Source: a virus (lineage: Duplodnaviria > Heunggongvirae > Uroviricota > Caudoviricetes). Taken from it: a stretch of 12,244 nucleotides of DNA. The notes beneath the pieces were generated by a model. The model had not been told where the DNA came from, made no database searches, and saw nothing but the letters and a program-made list of their open reading frames with translations. Of the stretch, positions 1 through 6,837 are shown piece after piece. Position numbers and translations under genes: made by a program. Numbering within the stretch: position 1 is the first letter of the stretch; each line of letters opens with the position of its first letter. Location of the stretch: the IMG/VR virus record IMGVR_UViG_2681813321_000010; one strand, written 5' to 3'.

Positions 1-135
1 TGCCTGGTGCCTCCAGGTGACGTTAACCAGTTAACAATTAACGCCGGATACAGAGAATCCACCCATAACACTGTTTTTGGTTTTAACTGTTCCGCGTGCG
101 CTCAGCCGCATTCACCGCATCACAAAATTCACTTT

Positions 136-193
136 AAAAACGGCGGCAGAGCAGTCACGGAGTAAAACTGATACCGCCAAACGTCACCAGAAA
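136..193 (-). ncRNA. dicF: DicF small RNA (cell-division inhibitor sRNA) with intrinsic terminator
   Basis: Minus-strand sequence TTTCTGGTGACGTTTGGCGGTATCAGTTTTACTCCGTGACTGCTCTGCCGCCGTTTTT matches my recollection of E. coli DicF; GGCGG/CCGCC stem followed by a T-run; located downstream of ydfC as in Qin. Confidence 0.8.
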
Positions 194-533
194 ATTGATA
201 ACAGAGGGCGTTGCAGCGGGGTTGTCGCTTAAGCGTATGGTCAACCTGACAACCCGGTGTCCTCAACGGGGAAGGAATAACCCCGCCATACTTACCGCCG
301 CGCCATTTCGCGGAGTGCCACAACCGGAAGCGCACGGTCGACGAAAATTTAACGACAGGCTATCTATGAACCAGCTACCTCGCCGTGCGCTTTCGCGTTA
401 TGGTCTGACTTTTCATGGAAATATCCTTTCAGTAAACTGTCAGTGCCGGATGCTCACCCATGTCCGGCGCACGCACTCCACCTCACCCGTGGAGAACTCC
501 TTAATTACCAACCTTAGCTTCGTTGGTTAGCTA

Positions 534-752
534 TTAACGCGGGTATGTAATCATTCTGGCAATGCTTAATGCCGCTGCTTTTTCCAGCCTGGTGATATCC
601 TGCTCCAGAGCGGACAGATTTTCAGCCTGCTTAGCCCTGGCTTCATTGGCCCATTTCAGATCCTGCGCTGCATTAATTTTCTGGCGCATCCACTCATAAA
701 GTTCATCATCGGTATAGTCTGGCGAGATGATGACGGGTTCTCGTTTCTGCAT
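534..752 (-). CDS. ydfC: YdfC, 72-aa Qin-type prophage protein
   Basis: 72-aa ORF in the track; GAGG ribosome-binding site upstream of the ATG; size and position after ydfB match the dicB operon. Confidence 0.8.
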   Translation of the reverse strand: MQKREPVIISPDYTDDELYEWMRQKINAAQDLKWANEARAKQAENLSALEQDITRLEKAAALSIARMITYPR

Positions 753-781
753 ACTGATTCCTCGCGGTGCTGCTTCGCTTA

Positions 782-910
782 TCAGCCGTTAGATTTTGCC
801 GAGCTGGAAAGCGCCTGTTTAAACTCACTGAAGCTGAGAGCTTCTTCGCCTTCGGCAAGGCCTTCGAAGTATTCTTCGTAAGCCTTTTCCATGATTGTGT
901 CGAAATCCAT
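782..910 (-). CDS. ydfB: YdfB, 42-aa small protein (below the ORF-track size cutoff)
   Basis: Manual translation of the minus strand gives MDFDTIMEKAYEEYFEGLAEGEEALSFSEFKQALSSSAKSNG; its ATG overlaps the ydfA stop (TGATATG); 42 aa matches known YdfB length. Confidence 0.75.
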   Translation of the reverse strand: MDFDTIMEKAYEEYFEGLAEGEEALSFSEFKQALSSSAKSNG

Positions 911-911
911 A

Positions 912-1067
912 TCACTCACCTGAGTTTCTTTCCAGCCAGCGACGGGCACCATTTTCGGTTTTAAACGTTTTGCTTCTGGTATACGTCATCGCGGTAAACG
1001 TGCCGTCCTGGTTGGGAAACACGCCGTACACCAGAGATTCGTTGTTGCCAAGATCGATAGTATCCAT
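912..1067 (-). CDS. ydfA: YdfA, 51-aa small protein
   Basis: Internal ATG of the 69-aa track ORF with a GAGG ribosome-binding site gives MDTIDLGNNESLVYGVFPNQDGTFTAMTYTRSKTFKTENGARRWLERNSGE; 51 aa matches YdfA; first gene after dicA as in Qin. Confidence 0.8.
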   Translation of the reverse strand: MDTIDLGNNESLVYGVFPNQDGTFTAMTYTRSKTFKTENGARRWLERNSGE

Positions 1068-1147
1068 GCTGACCTCATTTCCCCTTAACGCTGGGGTAGC
1101 GGAACTGTTTGCTGAGAACACCGTGCGGTGTGTTGATGCAAATAAGA

Positions 1148-1200
1148 TTAGCCATGGCTAACATATAGGTCAAGTGATTTTGTATGTTATGGCTAACATG
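1148..1200. promoter_or_regulatory. Putative DicA operator pair in the dicA-ydfA intergenic region (dicB-operon promoter region)
   Basis: Perfect palindrome TTAGCCATGGCTAA (1148-1161) and ATGTTA-TGGC-TAACAT (1185-1200) share TTAG/CTAA half-sites with the dicA-dicC intergenic palindromes. Confidence 0.5.
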
Positions 1201-1233
1201 ATTGATGTGGTAAAAGATAACTCATTGATGATG

Positions 1234-1641
1234 TTATCTTTTATTTGTCCGCTGACGGGCTTTTAGTAATTCTTCAAAGAGTTTATTGAAGTTTTTTACT
1301 CGAGCTCGCATTTCGGCGAGCTGGGTATCCTGTTCTGATTCTGGCAGTGCATTAAACAGCTCAAGGAGCTCTAGTTCTTTGGGGGATAAGGCAACTGGCT
1401 TCTCAACAGGTGGTGTTGGTTGCTTGTCTTCATCGCCAAATAGAATCCATGTTGGTGAGCATTGCAATACTTTGCTGAGGGCAAAAAGGTTCTTCCCTGT
1501 AGGTTCACTATCATCCCGTTCCCATTGTGATACAGACACATGGGAGATTTTCAGGGCTTTAGCAAGAGACCTTTGGGTGTGTTTGAGGTTTTTCCGACGA
1601 TACCTAATGCGTTCGCCGATAGTTAAATTTTTTGTTTCCAT
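1234..1641 (-). CDS. dicA: DicA, HTH (Xre-family) repressor of the dicB operon; CI-like immunity repressor
   Basis: 135-aa product METKNLTIGERIRYRRKNLKHTQRSLAKALKISHVSVSQWE... matches my recollection of E. coli K-12 DicA; N-terminal HTH; divergent from dicC. Confidence 0.92.
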   Translation of the reverse strand: METKNLTIGERIRYRRKNLKHTQRSLAKALKISHVSVSQWERDDSEPTGKNLFALSKVLQCSPTWILFGDEDKQPTPPVEKPVALSPKELELLELFNALPESEQDTQLAEMRARVKNFNKLFEELLKARQRTNKR

Positions 1642-1643
1642 AG

Positions 1644-1708
1644 TTAGCTAATGCTAAATCGTATTGACTATGTTTTTGTTAACATCTATTTTGTTAGTTA
1701 TGACTAAC
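1644..1708. promoter_or_regulatory. dicA-dicC divergent control region: two operator palindromes and a candidate rightward promoter
   Basis: TTAGC-TAAT-GCTAA (1644-1657) abuts the dicA start codon; TTGACT (1664-1669), 17-bp spacer, TATTTT (1687-1692); GTTAGT-TATG-ACTAAC (1693-1708) just downstream of the -10. Confidence 0.55.
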
Positions 1709-1724
1709 AATAAAGGTGTTTTAA

Positions 1725-1955
1725 ATGCTTAAAACTGACGCTCTTTTGTATTTCGGTTCAAAAACAAAACTTGCACAAGCAGCAGGTATTCGTTTGGCTT
1801 CGCTTTATAGCTGGAAAGGGGATTTAGTTCCCGAAGGTCGCGCGATGCGTCTACAGGAGGCATCTGGCGGGGAGCTTCAGTATGATCCCAAAGTTTATGA
1901 TGAATATCGTAAGACGAAGCGGGCGGGGCGGTTGAACAATGAAAATCACTCCTGA
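1725..1955 (+). CDS. dicC: DicC, Cro-like regulator
   Basis: 76-aa product MLKTDALLYFGSKTKLAQAAGIRLASLYSWKGDLVPEGRAMRLQEASGGELQYDPKVYDEYRK... matches my recollection of DicC; divergent from dicA. Confidence 0.9.
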   Translation: MLKTDALLYFGSKTKLAQAAGIRLASLYSWKGDLVPEGRAMRLQEASGGELQYDPKVYDEYRKTKRAGRLNNENHS

Positions 1956-2460
1956 ACAGGCTCGTGAGGCTCTGGATGCCTGGATATGTCGACCAGGAAT
2001 GACACAGGAGCAGGCGACGATATTAATCACTGAAGCATTCTGGGCTTTGAAAGAGCGCCCGAACATCGATGTTCAGCGTGTCACAGATGAAGGTGGCGCG
2101 GTTGATCAGCGAGCGCTTGGCGTTAATCGAGTGAAGATATTCGAACGCTGGAAGGCTATCGACACCAGGGATAAGCGTGAAAAGTTCACGGCGCTAGTGC
2201 CTGCGATTATGGAGGCTATCCGGATTAGTGATTTCAGGTTGTATCGTGAGATCAGTGATGGAAAAAGTATTACGTACATGATCGCCGGGTTAAATAAAGA
2301 ATATGGCGATGTGGTGGAATCCGGACTGCTTTTTGCAGATCCTGCCGTTGTAGATCGTGAAACTGACGAACTTATAGAAAAAGCAATTGCTTTCAAGCTT
2401 GCGTATCGACAGCAATACCAACAAAAAGCTGGATGGAATTATGAGTCTTCTTTTTGCTGA
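1939..2460 (+). CDS. YdaT-like protein in the CII position (putative regulator)
   Basis: 173-aa ORF overlapping the dicC 3' end; segment VKIFERWKAIDTRDKREKFTALVPAIMEAI resembles the YdaT-family core as I recall it; family assignment is from memory only. Confidence 0.6.
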   Translation: MKITPEQAREALDAWICRPGMTQEQATILITEAFWALKERPNIDVQRVTDEGGAVDQRALGVNRVKIFERWKAIDTRDKREKFTALVPAIMEAIRISDFRLYREISDGKSITYMIAGLNKEYGDVVESGLLFADPAVVDRETDELIEKAIAFKLAYRQQYQQKAGWNYESSFC

Positions 2461-3406
2461 ACGCCCACTGGTTATAAACACGCAGCTGGCAATGAAAATT
2501 GGCTTAAACGAAGCCATTGTTTTGCAACAACTGCACTACTGGTTGAGAGATACCAACTCCGGCATGGAATGTGATGGTGTTCGCTGGATTTATAACACAA
2601 CGGAACAATGGCTGGAACAGTTCCCATTCTGGTCAGAGTCAACGTTAAAGCGCGCGTTTGCAAGTCTGAAAACGCTGGGGCTTTTGCGTTGTGAAAAGCT
2701 CAATAAATCAAAGCGCGATATGACCAATTTCTACACGATCAACTACGGGAGCGAGCTTTTAGATGGTGGCAAATTGAGCGAATCCATCGGTTTAAAATGC
2801 GCCGCTCCATCAGGTCAAAATGACACGATGGAAGAGGTCAAAATGAAACGCTCCATTGGTTCAAAACGACTCAATGTCATCGGGTCAAAATGGCCTGATG
2901 ATCTTACAGAGAATACAACAGAGATTACTACAGAGAATAAAAAGACTTCTCGTCCGGAAGCTTCGCAACCGGACCCGCAGACGGTTGAACAGGATTTTTT
3001 AACCCGACACCCTGACGCGGTTGTGTTCAGTGCGAAAAAACGCCAGTGGGGCAGCCAGGAAGATTTGGCGTGTGCGCAGTGGATCTGGGGGCGAATCGTG
3101 AGTCTTTACGAGCAGGCCGCCAGCGATGATGGCGAGATTTCGCGACCGAAAGAACCCAACTGGACCGCATGGGCCAACGACGTGCGCACAATGCGGATGC
3201 TGGATGGCAGAACTCACAGACAAATTTGTGAAATGTTTGGTCGGGTGCAGCGGGATCCATTCTGGGTAAAAAATATCATGAGTCCGTCAAAGCTTCGCGA
3301 AAAATGGGATGAACTGGTTATCCGCCTGGGGCGTTCGTCTGTACAGCGTTGTGTGAATCATATTTCTGAGCCGGATACCGAAATTCCGCCGGGCTTCAGG
3401 GGGTAA
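2441..3406 (+). CDS. Replication initiator, lambda O-like (N-terminal DNA-binding domain, TE-rich linker, C-terminal domain)
   Basis: Track ORF begins at TTG 2387; the ATG at 2441 overlaps the upstream stop (ATGAGTCTT...TGA) and is the likelier start; contains iterons plus an AT-rich tract inside the coding sequence, as lambda O does. Confidence 0.75.
   Translation: MSLLFAERPLVINTQLAMKIGLNEAIVLQQLHYWLRDTNSGMECDGVRWIYNTTEQWLEQFPFWSESTLKRAFASLKTLGLLRCEKLNKSKRDMTNFYTINYGSELLDGGKLSESIGLKCAAPSGQNDTMEEVKMKRSIGSKRLNVIGSKWPDDLTENTTEITTENKKTSRPEASQPDPQTVEQDFLTRHPDAVVFSAKKRQWGSQEDLACAQWIWGRIVSLYEQAASDDGEISRPKEPNWTAWANDVRTMRMLDGRTHRQICEMFGRVQRDPFWVKNIMSPSKLREKWDELVIRLGRSSVQRCVNHISEPDTEIPPGFRG
2783..2941 (+). 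repeat. Putative replication origin inside the O-like gene: five iterons followed by three 12-bp A-rich repeats
   Basis: Iterons of consensus about TCCATCGGGTCAAAATG starting at 2783, 2806, 2829, 2852, 2876 (23-24 bp period); then ACAGAGAATACA / ACAGAGATTACT / ACAGAGAATAAA at 2906-2941. Confidence 0.7.
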
Positions 3407-3446
3407 GTGTTAATTTCTGGTCATGAGGTAATTTTCAGGAGGGCTT

Positions 3447-3869
3447 GTGGCAAAAGTTTTTACACAAGAAGAGCGGGAAAAAATTAAAGGGCAGGTTGTT
3501 GAACTCGTACGCCGGAGTGGGCGTGAGACGTTACGGCAACTGGAAGTCAAGACAGGTGCGACAAGATATCTGATGAGCGTTCTCGCAAGAGAGCTGGTTG
3601 CCAGCGGCGATGTATACAACTCTGGTTACGGGTTATTCCCGTCTGAACAGGCGCGTAAGGACTGGCAAAATGCCCGTAAAAAGCTCTCAAGGGCAAAGCT
3701 GAAGGAACCATCTGCGGTTGATCCGGACCTTATCTGGTCATTACCTGACGGAGAAATACGTCGCTACGACAGGCGTCAGAACATAATCTGTCGCGAGTGC
3801 CGGAAGAGTGAAGTTATGCAGCGCATACTAGCATTCTATCAGGGAAATGCTCGATATTTATTGAAGTGA
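3447..3869 (+). CDS. Hypothetical 140-aa protein in the P position after the initiator (C-terminal CxxC)
   Basis: GTG start 4 nt after AGGAGG (3437-3442); the paralog at 7824 has ATG at the same relative position after AGGAGG; conserved between the two modules. Confidence 0.75.
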   Translation: MAKVFTQEEREKIKGQVVELVRRSGRETLRQLEVKTGATRYLMSVLARELVASGDVYNSGYGLFPSEQARKDWQNARKKLSRAKLKEPSAVDPDLIWSLPDGEIRRYDRRQNIICRECRKSEVMQRILAFYQGNARYLLK

Positions 3870-4121
3870 TGAGATTAAAGTTTATTAGTTCAGATATTGA
3901 TTGGCTCTTTTGTGGAGTAGGGTAGAGTTAGTGTGTTTGTCTGCTTGGTGCCAGCAGCGGATATGTTTAACAACAGAAAGCATTCAGCATGGTTAGTGGA
4001 TTTGCAAAGTGGATTAGGATTTGAGAAACTTTGATGAAGTTGTAAAGCTTGTTTCTATAAAAATAGAAATTTAACTAATAGTTAAACACACCTCCAGCTT
4101 CATTGAAAAGGATTATTAGCT

Positions 4122-4547
4122 ATGATTGATCCACTTATTAGAAACTTACAGAGTGATATTGCACTACTCCAGCTTTATATCGCGCAACGCAAACAGGCAG
4201 GCTTTCATGACATGGAAAGAATAATTGAGTCATTGACCATCTTTATGTTTCGCGCGCTGAAAATGGGTGAACTGGTAAACATGAATCAGATTAAAGTTAA
4301 TTTTCCCGCCATTGATTTAGCTGATAATAAAAACATGATAGCAGTTCAAGTTACTACGAATGCAAGTCCAGCAAAAATTAAAAAAACTATCGAATCTTTT
4401 GAGAAAATAAATGAAATAGGAGAGAGTCTGAAAGATAAATACTCTACTTTATATATTTTTGGTTTTAACTGTTCCGCGTGCGCTCAGCCGCATTCACCGC
4501 ATCACAAAATTCACTTTAAAAACGGCGGCAGAGCAGTCACGGAGTAA
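4122..4547 (+). pseudogene. Probable 5' fragment of an AT-rich cargo gene, truncated at the repeat junction (about 4456); the ORF tail runs into the dicF region
   Basis: Strongly AT-rich codons up to 4455, then the last ~30 codons lie in repeat sequence whose copy-1 equivalent (74-165) is preceded by unrelated DNA; ORF end overlaps dicF copy 2 on the opposite strand. Confidence 0.45.
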
Positions 4548-4575
4548 AACTGATACCGCCAAACGTCACCAGAAA
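4518..4575 (-). ncRNA. dicF: DicF small RNA, second copy
   Basis: Identical to 136-193 at offset 4382; in this copy the repeat ends about 60 bp downstream of the terminator, so no dicB can follow. Confidence 0.8.
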
Positions 4576-4915
4576 ATTGATAACAGAGGGCGTTGCAGCG
4601 GGGTTGTCGCTTAAGCGTATGGTCAACCTGACAACCCGGTGTCCTCAACGGGGAAGGAATAACCCCGCCATACTTACCGCCGCGCCATTTCGCGGAGTGC
4701 CACAACCGGAAGCGCACGGTCGACGAAAATTTAACGACAGGCTATCTATGAACCAGCTACCTCGCCGTGCGCTTTCGCGTTATGGTCTGACTTTTCATGG
4801 AAATATCCTTTCAGTAAACTGTCAGTGCCGGATGCTCACCCATGTCCGGCGCACGCACTCCACCTCACCCGTGGAGAACTCCTTAATTACCAACCTTAGC
4901 TTCGTTGGTTAGCTA

Positions 4916-5134
4916 TTAACGCGGGTATGTAATCATTCTGGCAATGCTTAATGCCGCTGCTTTTTCCAGCCTGGTGATATCCTGCTCCAGAGCGGACAGA
5001 TTTTCAGCCTGCTTAGCCCTGGCTTCATTGGCCCATTTCAGATCCTGCGCTGCATTAATTTTCTGGCGCATCCACTCATAAAGTTCATCATCGGTATAGT
5101 CTGGCGAGATGATGACGGGTTCTCGTTTCTGCAT
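4916..5134 (-). CDS. ydfC: YdfC, second copy
   Basis: 72-aa ORF identical in protein to 534-752. Confidence 0.8.
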   Translation of the reverse strand: MQKREPVIISPDYTDDELYEWMRQKINAAQDLKWANEARAKQAENLSALEQDITRLEKAAALSIARMITYPR

Positions 5135-5163
5135 ACTGATTCCTCGCGGTGCTGCTTCGCTTA

Positions 5164-5292
5164 TCAGCCGTTAGATTTTGCCGAGCTGGAAAGCGCCTGT
5201 TTAAACTCACTGAAGCTGAGAGCTTCTTCGCCTTCGGCAAGGCCTTCGAAGTATTCTTCGTAAGCCTTTTCCATGATTGTGTCGAAATCCAT
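5164..5292 (-). CDS. ydfB: YdfB, second copy (42 aa)
   Basis: DNA identical to 782-910 at offset 4382. Confidence 0.75.
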   Translation of the reverse strand: MDFDTIMEKAYEEYFEGLAEGEEALSFSEFKQALSSSAKSNG

Positions 5293-5293
5293 A

Positions 5294-5449
5294 TCACTCA
5301 CCTGAGTTTCTTTCCAGCCAGCGACGGGCACCATTTTCGGTTTTAAACGTTTTGCTTCTGGTATACGTCATCGCGGTAAACGTGCCGTCCTGGTTGGGAA
5401 ACACGCCGCATACCAGAGATTCGTTGTTGCCAAGATCGATAGTATTCAT
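5294..5449 (-). CDS. ydfA: YdfA, second copy (51 aa, two substitutions relative to copy 1)
   Basis: Same internal ATG as copy 1; product MNTIDLGNNESLVCGVFPNQ... Confidence 0.8.
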   Translation of the reverse strand: MNTIDLGNNESLVCGVFPNQDGTFTAMTYTRSKTFKTENGARRWLERNSGE

Positions 5450-5529
5450 GCTGACCTCATTTCCCCTTAACGCCGGGGTAGCGGAACTGTTTGCTGAGAA
5501 CACCGTGCGGTGTCTTGGTGGAGATTAAT

Positions 5530-5579
5530 TTAGAATAACCTAACAAATGTAGCAAGTATTTTTGTTAGATTGGTCTAAC
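5530..5579. promoter_or_regulatory. Putative operator pair downstream of the dicA-like gene (module 2 leftward-operon control region)
   Basis: TTAGAATAACCTAA (5530-5543) and palindrome GTTAGA-TTGG-TCTAAC (5564-5579); same TTAG/CTAA half-site logic as module 1. Confidence 0.45.
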
Positions 5580-5616
5580 AAAAAGAGTGAGGGAATCTAA
5601 GTATCTGAAAGGAGTG

Positions 5617-6024
5617 TTATTTTATTGATTTGTTTTTACGTGCTTTAAGCATTTCTTCGAAGAGTTTATTGAAATTCTCTACTCTTGCGCGCATTTCAGA
5701 CAGTAAGGCTTCCTGCTCGGAGGAGGGAAGAGCATCGAATAATTCGATCAATTCTTTGTGGCTGGGAGTTAACTCGGTTTCCACATGAAGTTCTTGTGCT
5801 GGCACTGGTGCCTTGTCTTCGTCACCAAACATTAGCCATGTAGGCGAGCACTTCAGCGCATCAGCTAAAGCAAATAACCGCTTCCCGACCGGTTGGGTTT
5901 CGTCTCTTTCCCATTGTGAAATTGTGACGTGAGCTACCCCAGCGAGGCGTGCAGCTTCTCGTTGTGTTAGGCGTAATTCTTTTCGTCGTGCCAGAACTCG
6001 CTGGCCTAGGGTTCTTGTATCCAT
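5617..6024 (-). CDS. DicA-like HTH repressor, divergent paralog (CI-like immunity repressor of module 2)
   Basis: 135 aa; C-terminal half nearly identical to DicA (...CSPTW..FGDEDK...EMRARV.NFNKLFEE.LKAR), N-terminal HTH diverged (QREAARLAGVAHVTISQWE). Confidence 0.85.
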   Translation of the reverse strand: MDTRTLGQRVLARRKELRLTQREAARLAGVAHVTISQWERDETQPVGKRLFALADALKCSPTWLMFGDEDKAPVPAQELHVETELTPSHKELIELFDALPSSEQEALLSEMRARVENFNKLFEEMLKARKNKSIK

Positions 6025-6030
6025 AGTTAG

Positions 6031-6090
6031 GTAATTCTAATTTTTCTTGACTTAGGTATCCCGCGCACATTACTGTTAGGAATATCTAAC
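6031..6090. promoter_or_regulatory. Module 2 divergent control region with operator palindromes
   Basis: TTAGGTAATTCTAA (6031-6044) abuts the dicA-like start; TTGACT at 6047-6052; GTTAGGAATATCTAAC (6075-6090) precedes the dicC-like gene. Confidence 0.45.
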
Positions 6091-6104
6091 AAGAGGGGGC
6101 TTTG

Positions 6105-6332
6105 ATGCTTAAAGTTGACGCAATTACTTTTTTTGGCAGCAAAACAAAACTTGCCAATGCCGCAGGAGTGAAACTGGCAAGTGTTGCTGCATGGGGGGAA
6201 CTGGTTCCTGAAGGTCGCGCGATGCGCCTGCAAGAGGCATCCGGCGGGGAACTTCAGTACGACCCCAAAGTTTATGACGAATATCGTAAGGCAAAGCGGG
6301 CGGGGCGGTTGAACAATGAAAATCACCCCTGA
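6105..6332 (+). CDS. DicC-like Cro-type regulator (paralog)
   Basis: Track ORF starts at TTG 6102; ATG at 6105 preceded by GAGGGGG; product about 85% identical to DicC by eye. Confidence 0.85.
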   Translation: MLKVDAITFFGSKTKLANAAGVKLASVAAWGELVPEGRAMRLQEASGGELQYDPKVYDEYRKAKRAGRLNNENHP

Positions 6333-6837
6333 ACAGGTTTGTGAGGCTCTGGATGCCTGGGTATGCCGACCAGGAATGACACAGGAGCAGGCGACGATAT
6401 TAATCACGGAAGCATTCTGGGCTCTGAAAGAACGCCCGAACATCGATGTTCAACGCGTCACGTTTAATGATGGCGAGGTTGATCAACGGGCGTTGGGCGT
6501 TAACCGGGTGAAGATATTCGAACGCTGGAAAGCTATCGACACCAGGGATAAGCGGGAAAAATTCACGGCGCTGATTCCGGCAATTATGGAGGCTATCCGG
6601 ATCAGCGATTTCAGGTTGTATTGTGAAATTACTGACGGAAAAAGCATTACGTACATGATCGCCGGGTTAAACAAAGAATATGGTGATGTGGTGGAGTCCG
6701 GGCTGCTTTTTGCGGATCCATCTGTTGTGGAACGTGAGACTGACGAGCTTATAGAAAAAGCTATTGCTTTCAAGCATGCGTATCGTCAGCAATACCAACA
6801 AAAAGCTGGATGGAATTATGAGCCTTCTTTTTGCTGA
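6316..6837 (+). CDS. YdaT-like protein in the CII position (paralog of 1939-2460)
   Basis: 173 aa, roughly 90% identical by eye to the module 1 copy; same overlap arrangement with neighbouring genes. Confidence 0.6.
   Translation: MKITPEQVCEALDAWVCRPGMTQEQATILITEAFWALKERPNIDVQRVTFNDGEVDQRALGVNRVKIFERWKAIDTRDKREKFTALIPAIMEAIRISDFRLYCEITDGKSITYMIAGLNKEYGDVVESGLLFADPSVVERETDELIEKAIAFKHAYRQQYQQKAGWNYEPSFC

Larger units (their letters stand above)
74..1131. repeat. Direct repeat copy 1 (about 1058 bp, near-identical to 4456-5513) carrying dicF-ydfC-ydfB-ydfA
   Basis: Visual alignment at a constant offset of 4382 bp; identity begins at 74/4456 and decays after 1131/5513; only a handful of substitutions seen (e.g. 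around 1027-1030, 1063, 1092). Confidence 0.9.
4456..5513. repeat. Direct repeat copy 2 (near-identical to 74-1131)
   Basis: Same as copy 1; ORF-track proteins in the two copies differ by only a few residues (YdfA D2N and Y14C). Confidence 0.9.

Noticed and set aside
129-335. 68-aa minus-strand ORF (and its copy at 4511-4717)
   Set aside because: It reads straight through the DicF sRNA and its terminator; the product is low-complexity. DicF is the better explanation for this sequence.
507-527. Hairpin ACCAAC-N9-GTTGGT immediately after the ydfC stop
   Set aside because: Only 6 bp of stem, a 9-nt loop and no U-tract on the transcribed minus strand, so not a convincing intrinsic terminator; possibly an RNA-processing site, which is not decidable here.
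195-530. 111-aa plus-strand ORF between dicF and ydfC (and its copy at 4577-4912)
   Set aside because: Lies in the region corresponding to the ydfC-dicF intergenic spacer of the dicB operon, has no convincing ribosome-binding site, and its product is Arg/Pro-rich with no recognisable features; most likely a chance open frame in GC-richer DNA.
706-964. Overlapping ORFs 706-915 (minus) and 767-964 (plus)
   Set aside because: They are alternative-frame or opposite-strand readings over ydfB, ydfC and ydfA, which have ribosome-binding sites and match known gene sizes.
1286-1651. 121-aa plus-strand ORF antisense to dicA
   Set aside because: Entirely antisense to the well-supported dicA gene; serine-rich low-complexity product.
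2387-2440. TTG start proposed by the ORF track for the O-like gene (and 6764 for its paralog)
   Set aside because: An in-frame ATG 54 nt downstream overlaps the upstream gene's stop codon in both modules, a typical translational-coupling arrangement.
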